A stretch of 64,000 nucleotides of DNA, from positions 320,001 through 384,000 of the forward strand of contig CAXXHO010000003.1 of assembly GCA_963667725.2 (NCBI GenBank). Reading direction: 5' to 3'. The DNA comes from Treponemataceae bacterium. GTDB taxonomy: Bacteria; Spirochaetota; Spirochaetia; Treponematales; Rectinemataceae. A program made the position numbers and the translations under genes. Positions 1 through 10,364 of the stretch are shown piece by piece (positions within the stretch are counted from its first letter, which is position 1; every line of letters begins with the position of its first letter). The notes under the pieces were generated by a model, which saw only the letters and a list, made by a program, of their open reading frames with translations, did not search any database and was not told where the DNA came from.

Positions 1-430
1 GCCCGATCCTGGCCATGATCTCCTTGGCCTCCCGCTCGAGCCTTCTCTGGTCCACGAAAGGGCCGCGCCTAGGCAGGTTGCTCATGAAAATATTTTCGGC
101 CACGGAAATGCTCGGGACATAGTTGAGCTCCTGGTGGACCACCCCTATCCCGGCCGATCTGGCGTCCATGGGGATCTCGAAGACGCGGACCTGGCCATCG
201 AGCTCGAGCTTTCCGGCATCGCATTGATATACCCCGCAAAGTATCTTGATCAACGTCGATTTGCCCGCTCCGTTCTCCCCGAGCAAGGCCACGACCTCTC
301 CCTTCCTGACGTTGAAATCCACGTTCGTGAGGGCTTTTACCCCCGGGAAAGACTTGCTGACGCCGATCGCCCGGAGAACTATCGCCGCACCTTCAAGGTT
401 CCTTTTCTGCGCCACAACCGCTCCTGCCAT
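1..430 (-). CDS. Sugar ABC transporter ATP-binding protein, RbsA/MglA type (5' part; runs off the window)
   Basis: Manual translation from ATG at 430: MAGAVVAQ...SKSFPGVKAL...LLGENGAGKSTLIK (Walker A); lies downstream of the binding-protein gene. Confidence 0.9.
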   Translation of the reverse strand, partial: MAGAVVAQKRNLEGAAIVLRAIGVSKSFPGVKALTNVDFNVRKGEVVALLGENGAGKSTLIKILCGVYQCDAGKLELDGQVRVFEIPMDARSAGIGVVHQELNYVPSISVAENIFMSNLPRRGPFVDQRRLEREAKEIMARIG

Positions 431-541
431 TCGCTTTTATCTCGATTCCACGCATCTGCGCAGGCGCCCCGGCTGTACAGCCGGGGCGTTGATACCGTCC
501 GTCCATCCATCCAAGAGTATAGAATGGACGGCCTATCCTTG

Positions 542-1528
542 CTACTTGAGATTATTCCAGGGAAGGTTGTCCAGGGGATAGTACTTCTTGATATTGTCCC
601 AGCTGACCGGCTCGTGCTGGATGAAATACGTCGCTTCGGTTTTAGCCTTGGCCACCATCTTGTCCAGTATCTGGAATATCCATTCGCCGTAGCGGTTGGG
701 GAAGAAGCCGATGCTGGCGATCCAGTTGGTCTTGCCTTCCTTGGCGTACAGAGCCTCGACGAACTCCCTGGCGGAATTCTGCGAGACGATGACCACCTCT
801 TTTGTCCTTCCGGCGATTTCGGCGGCCGAATAGGCGCCGTTGGCGTAGAGGTCGTTCATGGAAGCCACCGCTATGCGCGTGGAGGCGGGGTGCGCCATGA
901 GGAAATCGGAGAACATCTGCTGCATCCTGGCGACGTCGCCTGAGGTGTCGAGCACGGTAATCTGGTTGGCGTTTACCTGGATGCCCTTGTTGCGCAGGCC
1001 GTCGACGAACTTGTGTACTCGCGGAGCCACGGTCGCGCCGGACATGGCCTGGGCGAGGAGGACGACATTATCCACCTGTCCTTTCCAATTCTTGTTGATC
1101 CAGTCGCCTGCGAATTCTCCGCCGAGCGTGCCGGCGCGGATGTTGTCGGCGCCGAAGTAGATGGCGCCCGGGTGCGGAATGTCGACCGCGATGACAGGAA
1201 TCTTGGCCGCGTTGAATTTCTCCATGATGACAGGGGCGACAGAGCCGTCGACGTTAAATTCGATCATGTAGTCGATCCGCTGGGTGATGAGATCGTCGGC
1301 GTTGCGCACCGCGGTCGCCCCATCCGAAGCGTTGTCCAGGCTGACGATGTCCCAACCGCGCTTCTTGGCTTCGACCTCGATGCCGTTGCGCACCATCTTG
1401 GTGAACGCCGACCTCTCGTTGATGTTCGCGAACCCGATCTTGATTCGCTTGGTCGCCTTGGCCTGGCTGAAGCCCATCGTCCCCAAGGCTAGCATCGCCA
1501 CCGCGAAAACCGCTAATACTTTTCTCAT
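542..1528 (-). CDS. Sugar ABC transporter substrate-binding protein (RbsB-like)
   Basis: Signal peptide, IPVIAVD and YFGADN motifs, GGAGG RBS. Confidence 0.9.
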   Translation of the reverse strand: MRKVLAVFAVAMLALGTMGFSQAKATKRIKIGFANINERSAFTKMVRNGIEVEAKKRGWDIVSLDNASDGATAVRNADDLITQRIDYMIEFNVDGSVAPVIMEKFNAAKIPVIAVDIPHPGAIYFGADNIRAGTLGGEFAGDWINKNWKGQVDNVVLLAQAMSGATVAPRVHKFVDGLRNKGIQVNANQITVLDTSGDVARMQQMFSDFLMAHPASTRIAVASMNDLYANGAYSAAEIAGRTKEVVIVSQNSAREFVEALYAKEGKTNWIASIGFFPNRYGEWIFQILDKMVAKAKTEATYFIQHEPVSWDNIKKYYPLDNLPWNNLK

Positions 1529-1585
1529 CGTTTCCTCCTTCGAAAGATATGGCGCCCGCTTCCCGCGCGGCAGGCGCCGGAATGC

Positions 1586-3046
1586 CTACTCATTGGATAT
1601 CCGGGCGTAGTCGATTCCGAGCGCCTCGGCCACCTTCACCAGCTCGTCGCCATGGTGCCCGATGCCCAAGGCGAAGTGGTGGGTCGGGCCCTCTGCAGTC
1701 CACCGCTTGAGAAAGGTTTTCAGGTCGGGCTTGAAATAGCCGTGCGTGTTCGTGTTTCCCGTAGGAGGGATCGCCCCTTGGAGAGATTCTCCCTCGGCGA
1801 TGACGAACTTGAGCCCTCCCTCGGCGTTTACGGTGACGCTCAGCATGGTGAGGGGGCCTTCCTTGATCTTGAACTCCACTCCCGCGCCGCTGCCCGGTTT
1901 GCCATGATACTTGCTCAGAGACCTGAGCACCGGCTTGCTGTCGGCGATGTTAAGGTGGTGAGGGCCGTCGTGGCCCACCAGAATGGATCCCGTGTTGAAG
2001 TCCAGAGGGTGGAATTCGGCGAAGCTTCCGCCAATTTCCAGCCTGTCCATGATGAGCATGGCCACGCAGGTTTTCAGGTCGAACTCGCCGCACATCGGGA
2101 AGCCGGCCGCGGTGAGGAGGGAGTTGCCGACGATGAAATTCGTCACCATCGTGCGCAGATCGGAGCCTGCCTCCCCCTCATAATAATAGGCGAGGCCGGT
2201 GAGATCCAGCTCGTCGATGGCCATTTCCAGAGCCACCGCGGCCTTGGACGCCACCATAAGGTCGGTTTCCGCGAGCGTGGAGGTCAATATATCCGAGACT
2301 GGCGCCGGCGTGTCGAAGAAGGAAAGAATCCGTTTCCTCATGGCCGCGAGATCCGCACCGCCCAAACGAGCGTAATGTTTGAACACATCCTCAGGCTCGA
2401 CCTGAACCACATGGCAGCCGAAGGTGCGCGTCATGAGCGTGGGATCCACGTGCATATCGTACATGCATTCGAGGACATGACCCATGAGCCCGATCCGGGC
2501 GCTCTTCAGATCGTGAAGGACATGGGCGATCCTGCACCACGAGCGGATTTCTTCGTCGGCCTCCTCGTCTCCTTCCCTGAGCCCGATGACGAGGGGAGGA
2601 GTCTTCTTCCCCATCCGGACCGCGACGGAGCAGAATTCCGGGACCGAGCAGAAATCGTCGTTGCAGAGCTGCATGAAGGTAGTCCCGCGGGCGTACTCCA
2701 TGGCTTTGAGGGGCTGAAGGACCACGAGGACGATAGGTATGTTCAAGGCCTGAACCAGCGGAGCGAAGGTGGCCGAGGTCGCGTAGGTCACCATATCGAT
2801 GAAGAGCAGGTCGAGATCGGCCTTCCTGATCTCCTCCAGCGCGCGATACGCGGTCCGCGAATCGTCGATCAATCCGAAATCCTTGATTTCCACGGCGCAG
2901 CCTTCCAGCTTGAGCCTAAAAGCCGCCGTTTTCTGAACCATAACCTCGCGCAGTCCCTCAAATTGTTCCCAATATGTATGGTGTCCCACGCCCAGCACAC
3001 CAACGCGGGCGTAGAGCGGGCTTCTTCGTTCGATGATCATTGTCAC
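1586..3046 (-). CDS. L-arabinose/L-fucose isomerase family protein
   Basis: GEFDLKT, FAEFHP, GHDGPHH and GPTHH motifs; sugar operon context. Confidence 0.85.
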   Translation of the reverse strand: MTMIIERRSPLYARVGVLGVGHHTYWEQFEGLREVMVQKTAAFRLKLEGCAVEIKDFGLIDDSRTAYRALEEIRKADLDLLFIDMVTYATSATFAPLVQALNIPIVLVVLQPLKAMEYARGTTFMQLCNDDFCSVPEFCSVAVRMGKKTPPLVIGLREGDEEADEEIRSWCRIAHVLHDLKSARIGLMGHVLECMYDMHVDPTLMTRTFGCHVVQVEPEDVFKHYARLGGADLAAMRKRILSFFDTPAPVSDILTSTLAETDLMVASKAAVALEMAIDELDLTGLAYYYEGEAGSDLRTMVTNFIVGNSLLTAAGFPMCGEFDLKTCVAMLIMDRLEIGGSFAEFHPLDFNTGSILVGHDGPHHLNIADSKPVLRSLSKYHGKPGSGAGVEFKIKEGPLTMLSVTVNAEGGLKFVIAEGESLQGAIPPTGNTNTHGYFKPDLKTFLKRWTAEGPTHHFALGIGHHGDELVKVAEALGIDYARISNE

Positions 3047-3219
3047 TCCTACTCGACTATGACACTGATACTAAGCCCTTGCCGGAAAGGCCGTCAAATG
3101 AAATTCGTCGAGCAAGCTTGCGATTAGGTTGTAATTTAATAATTATAAATATATATAATAAAAAGATATAAAAATAATTTAATAATTAGTATAAAAAAAA
3201 TTAGCATCTAGGTTGCGCG

Positions 3220-5148
3220 ATGGTTTTAATATTGCATTTTGCCGAAAACGCCATTACACTCGGGACAATGATGTTCAGCCCGAGACAGACAGCCATCCTG
3301 CGCATGGTTCACAAGTGCGGAACTCTCTCTATAGCCAAACTCTCCGAGGCTTTTCCCGTGAGCCGCGAAACCTTGAGGAAGGACCTCGTGTTTCTCGAGT
3401 CCAATGGCTATATAGGCCGAAAGTATGGCCTCGTTGATTTTCTGGACGGAGAACCGGGCAAACAATGGTTGAGCATAGAGCGACGTCTGTCCGCCTCCCA
3501 GCGGAGGGATCGTATCCTGGAGCTGGTTCAGGGTCATAAAAATGTCAGGATATCGGCCCTCGCTGCCAGGCTTAGGGTGTCCGGCATCACCGTGCGTTCG
3601 GATCTCCTGCAATTGGAACGTTTGGGCCTCGTCGTGAGGAAGCACGGTTCCGTATCGCCCCTCGCCGGAGCCGAGGATCGCTCGGAGACCGCCTCATTCA
3701 GTAGCTTCCCGCCCAAGGTGCGCATCCTAGGCGAGCATGCCCTCCTGCGCATCAGCCCGGGCGATACAATCTACCTCGGCGCCGGGGAGATTTCTCGCTA
3801 CATCGCCACTTCCTTGCCTTCCGACGCCAACATCACCGTCGTGTCGGACGACCTCGATATCCTTTCCCTGCTTCGCAGGCGGCGATATGCTTCCCCGATC
3901 CACGTTCTTCCCGGCCGGCTTCGGTTCGACTCGCCGACCATCGTCGTGGAGCACGCGCAAGGCGTATTCGCCAAACTGATCATCGGCAAAGCCTTTCTCA
4001 TGATCTCCTCCTACGCGGACGGGACATACTACATGGAGAGCCAGGAAGCCGTGGCCAACGCGGTCGAGGCGAGCAGGAACGCGGCGGCGCTCTACTTCAT
4101 CCTCGAATCGGTCATGCTGGACAAACGCGGTAATTTCCCCTTTCCCTATCGCGATTTCCGCGAAAAAGTGCAGGAAATTCTCATCGATGACAGCGTGGAT
4201 CAATCGGTGGTCAACTACCTTTTCCCCCGTCGGGATCCCGTTGTCGTCCAAGGCGCCGATTTTTCCTTCAAACGCGGTCGAAGGCAGAAATTCCGGATCG
4301 GCTTCCTGGTCGATCGGGACAGGGGATTCTTCATACAGGAAGTCTACAACAGCGTCCTGGACTCGGTCGCCGAGCACGACAACCTGTCGCTGGAGATCCG
4401 CGAAACGGAGAGAGGCTTCTATTCGACGGTAAGAAACATAGACATGCTGCTGAACCAGCGCCCCGACTTTATAATCAACTTCAGCCTCTGCGCCGAGTCC
4501 CTTTCCTATATCGGGGACAAATGCAAGGTTCGCGGAATCAAACTTATGACCATCGACCTTCAGGACCGTTCATCCGTCTATTTCGGCGCCGACAACGCGC
4601 TGGCCGGAGCCTTGGCGGCGAACCATACGATCCAGCATATCCAGCAGCATTGGAGAGGACGTCTCGACCATATCGTCGCCTTTGCCCGACGCGGCATCGA
4701 TCCCGTCACCAACCTGCGAGTGATGAGCGTGGTCGAGAGAATCCAGGCCGAGATATGCTGTTCCACGCCCGAGCCCGAGGTCATCGAGTGGGACACTCCC
4801 AACGAGGCGCCCAAGGAGGCGCTCCTGAAGTTCCTGCTCGGCGTCCCCAAGAACGACAAGATCCTCTTCATCACCTTCAATCTGCCCCATATCCTGGGAA
4901 GCTACGAGCTTATAACCCAGTACAGGGACGCGCGGGATACGCTCATCGTAGGCCAGAATTTTAACGAGCAGGTCCAGGAACTCATGCGGAAGCCCGATTC
5001 CCCCATTCTCGGCTGCGTATCTTATAGCCCCGAGAATTATGGAGCCCACGTCATCGACATCGCCCTACGCATGTTGAATGAAGAACCCGTCGACCCGGTA
5101 AACTACACGACCCACACATGGATTTCCAAGGAATCAGTGCTCAAGTGA
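3220..5148 (+). CDS. DeoR-family regulator with two HTH domains, a DeoR sensor domain and a C-terminal sugar-binding-protein-like domain (start may be ATG 3268)
   Basis: VSRETLRKDLVFLE and VSGITVRSDLLQLE HTHs; GDTIYLGAG; C-terminal YFGADN; divergent from the sugar operon. Confidence 0.8.
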   Translation: MVLILHFAENAITLGTMMFSPRQTAILRMVHKCGTLSIAKLSEAFPVSRETLRKDLVFLESNGYIGRKYGLVDFLDGEPGKQWLSIERRLSASQRRDRILELVQGHKNVRISALAARLRVSGITVRSDLLQLERLGLVVRKHGSVSPLAGAEDRSETASFSSFPPKVRILGEHALLRISPGDTIYLGAGEISRYIATSLPSDANITVVSDDLDILSLLRRRRYASPIHVLPGRLRFDSPTIVVEHAQGVFAKLIIGKAFLMISSYADGTYYMESQEAVANAVEASRNAAALYFILESVMLDKRGNFPFPYRDFREKVQEILIDDSVDQSVVNYLFPRRDPVVVQGADFSFKRGRRQKFRIGFLVDRDRGFFIQEVYNSVLDSVAEHDNLSLEIRETERGFYSTVRNIDMLLNQRPDFIINFSLCAESLSYIGDKCKVRGIKLMTIDLQDRSSVYFGADNALAGALAANHTIQHIQQHWRGRLDHIVAFARRGIDPVTNLRVMSVVERIQAEICCSTPEPEVIEWDTPNEAPKEALLKFLLGVPKNDKILFITFNLPHILGSYELITQYRDARDTLIVGQNFNEQVQELMRKPDSPILGCVSYSPENYGAHVIDIALRMLNEEPVDPVNYTTHTWISKESVLK

Positions 5149-5171
5149 ACTAAAAGGTATCGACCTTCTAG

Positions 5172-5456
5172 TCAAAATTTACTATTCAATCGTAATTTAG
5201 ACTTCTTTCCGAAAACTTCTGCAACCTTGCTGATAGTCGATAAGCGGATATCTTCAGTATGGTTTTCCATCCATGAAATTACGTTCTTTTTTGTTTTCAG
5301 CTTTATTTCCAGCTCTTCTTGAGTCATCTCTTCTTTTTTCCTCAGCTCTTTAAGCAGAAGGCCTACCTTGAACTTGTCGCAGCCGGTTTCAAAGCTTTTT
5401 TCGAATTCCGAGTCTTTCTTTTTCCTGTTCTCGATATATACGGAAAGATCACTCAT
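5172..5456 (-). CDS. XRE/HigA-like HTH antitoxin
   Basis: LKELRKKEEMTQEEL...ISWMEN...DIRLSTI; start overlaps the toxin stop. Confidence 0.75.
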   Translation of the reverse strand: MSDLSVYIENRKKKDSEFEKSFETGCDKFKVGLLLKELRKKEEMTQEELEIKLKTKKNVISWMENHTEDIRLSTISKVAEVFGKKSKLRLNSKF

Positions 5457-5703
5457 ATCTTTCTCCTCTTCAAATAGTCGTCCCGATACCTTTCGGCACG
5501 GGAAATATCTTCGGATAGTGTTTTCTGGCTCTTTTTGCCAAAGCCATTTGTCAAAATCACCAGACTACCCGAATCCATAAAGCACAGAATCCTATACCCT
5601 ATCCGGCCAATAGAAATTCTGCATTCCCATATCTCATCGGCCTCGGTTAGTTTCTTGAAATACTGATACGATACCATGTCCAATTCCTCAATGATGTGCA
5701 ATA
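5453..5703 (-). pseudogene. RelE/ParE (Gp49/HigB-like) toxin, 5'-truncated at an IS3 end
   Basis: IWECRI...YRILCF...LVILTNGFGKKSQKT motif; the reading frame upstream of 5703 is IS sequence. Confidence 0.75.
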
Positions 5704-6900
5704 TGCCCCCTACTGACTTCCATGGACATGTGCGCATTGCCAGGGGAGACTGGAAGGATGAATGAGCGAAGGACCTACAGCGACGAATTAAAAGCTGAAG
5801 CAGTGAGGATGATAACTCGAGAGGGGCTAGCCCAGTCCGAGGTCGGGAAGAAACTGGGAATCCCCAAGGGGACAGTCGGGAACTGGCTTTCGAAATTCGA
5901 GAGCGAAGACGAAACAACAATGGCAGGAGCTCCATCCGTGAGGGAGTTGCTAGCCGAAAACTCCAAGCTCCGCAAGGAGCTGGTCAAAGCAAAAATGAAG
6001 GAAGAAATCTTAAAAAAAGCGACCGCATACTTCGTCAAGGAGTCGTTTCCAAGTATGCGGTCATGAACATGATGCAACTCCAGTACCCCATCAAGATTCT
6101 TAGCCGGACGCTCGGTGTGTCCAGGAGTGGATTCTACACCCGAAGGAATCGACCTTTATCGCTGCGAGCCAAGGGCGACGCCGTATTGAAGCCGATGATT
6201 CTGAAGGCCCATAAAGAAGGGCGAAGTACCTATGGGTTCACAAGGATCCAGTAGAAACTGGCTGAGCAGGAAGTCTATGTTGGCCGGGATCATATTCATC
6301 GACTCAGGAAAGAAATGGGCCTCCATTATATTCAGAATAGGAAATTCAAGGCAACGACAAATTCAGCCCATGATCTACCGGTAGCTCCAAATCTCTTTGA
6401 CCAGAAGTTCGAAGTCGATGCTTTACTTGGCCGGCGTCAAGAACTTCGGTTCAATGGAAATCATCGGGTATTCCATGGGTCCTCGCATTACCAAGGAACT
6501 TGTCCAAGGTGCCTTGGAGAAGGCCCTCCGCTACCGACGACCAGAATCGAGGTGTATCCCTCATTCCGACCGTGGGAGTCAGTATTGTGCCCATAGCTAC
6601 CAGGATCTGGTCAGGAAGTCTGGAATGCGCGCTTCGATGTCCCGCAAGGGTAATTGCTATGATAATGCTCCGACAGAAAGCTTCTTGGGAACATTGAAAC
6701 GGGAAATGGTATCTCACAGGAAATTCTGGACAAGACTCGAAGCCTACGCAGCAATTCAGGAGTGGATAGAAATTTTATACAATTGAATACGCAGACTTAC
6801 GAATATTGGAGGAACTCCAACGGCTCGTTGGGCTGGCTACTACTACGTTACAAGAAAATTGGCATAAGGCGACCGTGTCCACGCTTGACAGTAGGGGTCA
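5704..6900 (+). mobile_element. IS3-family element, degenerate (orfA ~5759-6066; orfB broken by a stop and a frameshift/deletion)
   Basis: Terminal IRs TGCCCCCTACTGACTTCCATGGACA / TGACCCCTACTGTCAAGCGTGGACA; DDE motifs HSDRGSQY and GNCYDNAPTES; no target duplication. Confidence 0.85.
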
Positions 6901-6942
6901 CTCCCTGGCATACAGACATTCTGCGACACAAGGACGCTCATC

Positions 6943-8091
6943 ATGATATCAAAGTACCTCGCCGCTAAATTCCTGGGACCTTTGACCGAAAAGCTCAGCT
7001 ACAACATCAACATCATCAACGAGAAGGGCATCATTGTAGCGAGCAGCGACAAGAATCGAATAGACACATTCCATGAAGCGGCATATTTGCTTATTAAGGA
7101 TAAGCAGGATATCGCCAAGATATATTCAAAGGATCAAAGCCTTCTTGGCGTCAAACCGGGCGTCAATCTCCCTATCCATTACAACAAGGATGTGATCGGG
7201 GTTGTCGGCGTGACCGGCGATCCCGACGAGGTCCTGGCTGTCGCTTATGCCATCAAGACCAGCCTCGAAACGATGATCGAGTATGAATACTACAAGGACA
7301 GCATCTTCCTCCGGCAGAGCAAGAAGAACACATTCATTAACTTGCTGCTTTATGAAAAAGCCGATGAGACAAAAACGCTCATGGATATGGCCAAGCGCCT
7401 CAGCTATTCTTCTTCCCTCTATCGAGCTCCGATCATCATTGCGGCTAAGGGCGGTATAACTTCAGAGGATTTTCTTATTTTAATGAAGAAGAGCAAGAGA
7501 CATTCAAGCCAAGATATCTCCAGCATAACGATAGATCGAAATATCCTTGTTTTTAAGACGATTAAAGTCAGGAACAGCGACATGTTCGGGGACTATAGGC
7601 GGCAGGTGGAAGCTTACATCGAAGAGCTTATTACCATCTTGAAAACGGCCTGCGCCTCGGTTTCCTGCATGTCCTACGTGGGGAATTTCGAAAAGAATCT
7701 CGAACAGTACCACCGAACCTACGAGCAGGCGAATTGGTGTCTCGAAAATGTGCCATGTCCGGATGGCGGGGTAGCTTTCTTCATGGATCATGTCGAGACG
7801 TATCTCTTATCAAGGATACCGAGCATAGAGCTCGTCAATATTTTCGCGTGCAGCCAGAAACTCTTGGTAAAATCGGACAAAGATAGCAATCTTCTGTCAA
7901 CCATCAAGGTTGTCTACGATTCGGGGATGAATCTTCAGAAGGCTGCCGCGGTTCTTGGCGTCCACAGGAACACCATATACCAGAGGGTAAAGCGGCTTGA
8001 GGACATGCTTGGACTTAATCCGATCGAGAATGAAGCCGCTATAAAATTCTTATACTATCTCACACGCAGCAATCCCGCTGACGGGAAGTGA
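6943..8091 (+). CDS. CdaR (sugar diacid recognition) family transcriptional regulator
   Basis: N-terminal NINIINEKGIIVASSD...H...GVKPGVNLPI; C-terminal HTH AAAVLGVHRNTIYQRV. Confidence 0.85.
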   Translation: MISKYLAAKFLGPLTEKLSYNINIINEKGIIVASSDKNRIDTFHEAAYLLIKDKQDIAKIYSKDQSLLGVKPGVNLPIHYNKDVIGVVGVTGDPDEVLAVAYAIKTSLETMIEYEYYKDSIFLRQSKKNTFINLLLYEKADETKTLMDMAKRLSYSSSLYRAPIIIAAKGGITSEDFLILMKKSKRHSSQDISSITIDRNILVFKTIKVRNSDMFGDYRRQVEAYIEELITILKTACASVSCMSYVGNFEKNLEQYHRTYEQANWCLENVPCPDGGVAFFMDHVETYLLSRIPSIELVNIFACSQKLLVKSDKDSNLLSTIKVVYDSGMNLQKAAAVLGVHRNTIYQRVKRLEDMLGLNPIENEAAIKFLYYLTRSNPADGK

Positions 8092-8106
8092 TGTGCAAAA
8101 TGCACA
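8092..8106. promoter_or_regulatory. Palindromic candidate CdaR operator TGTGCA-AAA-TGCACA
   Basis: Perfect 6-bp arms between the regulator and the downstream operon; a weaker copy lies at ~8124-8138. Confidence 0.5.
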
Positions 8107-8196
8107 GATAATTCGTAATCCCCTGTAGAATAACAACATTGTGACATGCTGATTTTGCCATGAAAATAAGCACATCAGAGTTGGAGGATATCTATT

Positions 8197-8784
8197 ATGG
8201 TACAGGCACGTAAGAATTTTATGACAAAGCTTCTATTGATCGGCATAGGGCTTTTTGCGGTGTCGAGCTTTTGCTTTGCCGCTCCCCCGAGCGGCCCGGT
8301 TGCCAGATTCGAGGCACCGCTTCTCATAACGACGGCCGGACAGAGCATCGACTACGAGACGGTTAAAGTGCTCGCGAACCGTCTCAAGATTCAGAACGTA
8401 ACCGACAATGCCGCAAAGCCCGAGGACCTGTCGGGCAAAAAGACCCTTATTGTGGTTCCCGCACACAGCAACAAGGGGCTGGGATCCGCAGGCACCAATA
8501 TTGCCGACGAAATGCAGCGCGTTAAGGTCCTGCTTGCGGCCGCGGTAAAAGGGAAAATACCAGTAGTCCTTTACCACCTGGGCGGCGAAGTGCGCCGCAG
8601 CGCCGATTCCGATCCTTTCATCGAACAGGTCATGACTGTCGCCAAGTGCGTGGTTGTCTGGGCCCCCGGCAACAATGATGGATATTTTACCAAGAAGTGC
8701 GCCCAGAAGAATATACCTCTCGTCGTGGTCGACATGCTGTCGGACCTTACCGGGATCATGAAATCCATGTTCCTCGGCAATTAG
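8197..8784 (+). CDS. Exported DUF6305-like protein
   Basis: Signal peptide; LITTAGQS, SNKGLGSAG and HLGGEVRR motifs. Confidence 0.7.
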   Translation: MVQARKNFMTKLLLIGIGLFAVSSFCFAAPPSGPVARFEAPLLITTAGQSIDYETVKVLANRLKIQNVTDNAAKPEDLSGKKTLIVVPAHSNKGLGSAGTNIADEMQRVKVLLAAAVKGKIPVVLYHLGGEVRRSADSDPFIEQVMTVAKCVVVWAPGNNDGYFTKKCAQKNIPLVVVDMLSDLTGIMKSMFLGN

Positions 8785-8885
8785 GCGGGTTCTCTTTCCT
8801 GGGTATCGCCGTCTAAACAGAAACTGGTTTTGTTCGAATAATTATTAGCCTCAATGTATCTGGATCACTATAGAAGGAGTGTCAC

Positions 8886-10181
8886 ATGGATCCCAAGGCC
8901 CTGTTGGCTCTCACCGCCATGGCCCTCGTTTTTGCCGCGCTATATGTGCCGTTCCGGAAGCGCATATCAATCGTTTTCCCCTTGATTGCCTCCTGCGTTG
9001 CCGCAACTTTGGCGGGCGGCTTCGGTGTGCCGTTCCGTTATCTGGTTGAAGGGGAATTCGCCTATTTCTACATAGTAATCGTAATTCTCTCCGCGGTGCT
9101 GTTTCTCCAGCTCATTCGTGACAATGGATGCCTCAAGAGCATTGTGGGAATTCTGGCGAGGAAGTTGAGCAGCCACCCCGTCGCTCTTCTCTTCGTGGGA
9201 GTCGGCCTCCTGTACCTTCCCGGCATGGTTACGGGGCTCGGTGTTCCGGGAGCGCTCGGCGTCGGCGCCATACTGACACCGCTCTTCCTCGCCTTCGGCA
9301 TCCCCGCGGCGGAAGTGGCCGCTCTCGTCACGATGGGCGCAATGCTCGGATCGGTAACAGGGCCGGTCAATATCCCCGCGATGATCATAGCTGGCGGAAT
9401 CAACATGCCCTTCGAAGGATTCGGGCGCATTCTTCCGGCGATCACCATTCCGCTCGGTATCGCAGCAACGATGATCCTCGGACTGAAGCGGGCGAGAAAA
9501 GCCGATCCATCCAAGATCGCGAGCGAATTCGCCGCCAGCCCGACCGATGTACGCGGCGCCAAGGCATTTGCGCCGATTGTCGTCGTCATCGCCCTGATGT
9601 TGGCTGTCCGGGTGTTTCCCAAGGCGATCCCGGATATAGGCACACCGTTCATCTTTGCGATCGGCTCGATCGTTGCGGTGTTTTGCGGCGCAAAAATCAA
9701 TGTCTGGAAATCGATAACGGGAGTTCTGGACGGACCTATTCTCGGCATTGCCGCCCTATTGCTTGTCTCGGGCGTGATCGTAGAGGTGTCGACGTTGACC
9801 GGTATCCGAGGGCTTCTCGTCGTGTCCAGCCTCAGCCTTCCGCCCTCGCTGATCATAATCGGCGCAGGGTTGGCGATTCCCCTCCTGGGAGGCACGCTTA
9901 CAATGCTCGGTTCAGCATCTATTCTCGGTTTGCCCTTCGCGACGGCCCTGCTCGGCGGCAACATGATCGTGGTGGTCGCTTCGCTCTCCGTGCTTTGCGC
10001 GCTGAGCCAGTTTGTACCTCCAACGGCCATCGTGGGGCAGCTGTCTAAAAATCTCGCGGGTCTTGAGCGTTATGGGCCCGTCCTACGGAAGATGGCCATT
10101 CCAACCGGGATTTCAATTGTGTACTGCGTCATCACGCTACTCTGTTCCAAGCAAATTGCACTTTTGCTCGGAATGCGCTGA
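8886..10181 (+). CDS. IT-superfamily permease (TRAP DctM / citrate transporter-like)
   Basis: Many hydrophobic helices; GPVNIPAMII and PPTA motifs. Confidence 0.75.
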   Translation: MDPKALLALTAMALVFAALYVPFRKRISIVFPLIASCVAATLAGGFGVPFRYLVEGEFAYFYIVIVILSAVLFLQLIRDNGCLKSIVGILARKLSSHPVALLFVGVGLLYLPGMVTGLGVPGALGVGAILTPLFLAFGIPAAEVAALVTMGAMLGSVTGPVNIPAMIIAGGINMPFEGFGRILPAITIPLGIAATMILGLKRARKADPSKIASEFAASPTDVRGAKAFAPIVVVIALMLAVRVFPKAIPDIGTPFIFAIGSIVAVFCGAKINVWKSITGVLDGPILGIAALLLVSGVIVEVSTLTGIRGLLVVSSLSLPPSLIIIGAGLAIPLLGGTLTMLGSASILGLPFATALLGGNMIVVVASLSVLCALSQFVPPTAIVGQLSKNLAGLERYGPVLRKMAIPTGISIVYCVITLLCSKQIALLLGMR

Positions 10182-10193
10182 ACGGAGGGAAAC

Positions 10194-10355
10194 ATGTTGG
10201 TACATCAGATCATCACGTGGGTCTACCAGGCGATAATTGGCTTCTCTTGTCTGCTGCTCGTCGTCAAGATCGTAAAGTCCAAGAGTTTTGAGCAGCAGCT
10301 TCTTGCAGGGATTGTGCTTGTTCCTTTTGCCCTCAGGCTGTTTTTGATCAAATAG
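10194..10355 (+). CDS. Small two-TM membrane protein (53 aa; absent from the ORF track)
   Basis: GGAGG RBS; MLVHQIITWVYQAIIGFSCLLLVVKIVKSKSFEQQLLAGIVLVPFALRLFLIK fills the operon gap. Confidence 0.7.
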   Translation: MLVHQIITWVYQAIIGFSCLLLVVKIVKSKSFEQQLLAGIVLVPFALRLFLIK

Positions 10356-10364
10356 GAGATAGAT

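Noticed and set aside
1652..3127. 491-aa plus-strand ORF and similar long shadows (134-943, 9068-10030, 9128-10048, 11562-12632)
   Set aside because: Antisense or alternate-frame shadows of well-supported genes in GC-rich DNA, with no motifs
5704..5935. N-terminal extension of the 160-aa toxin ORF
   Set aside because: It is antisense IS3 sequence read through by chance
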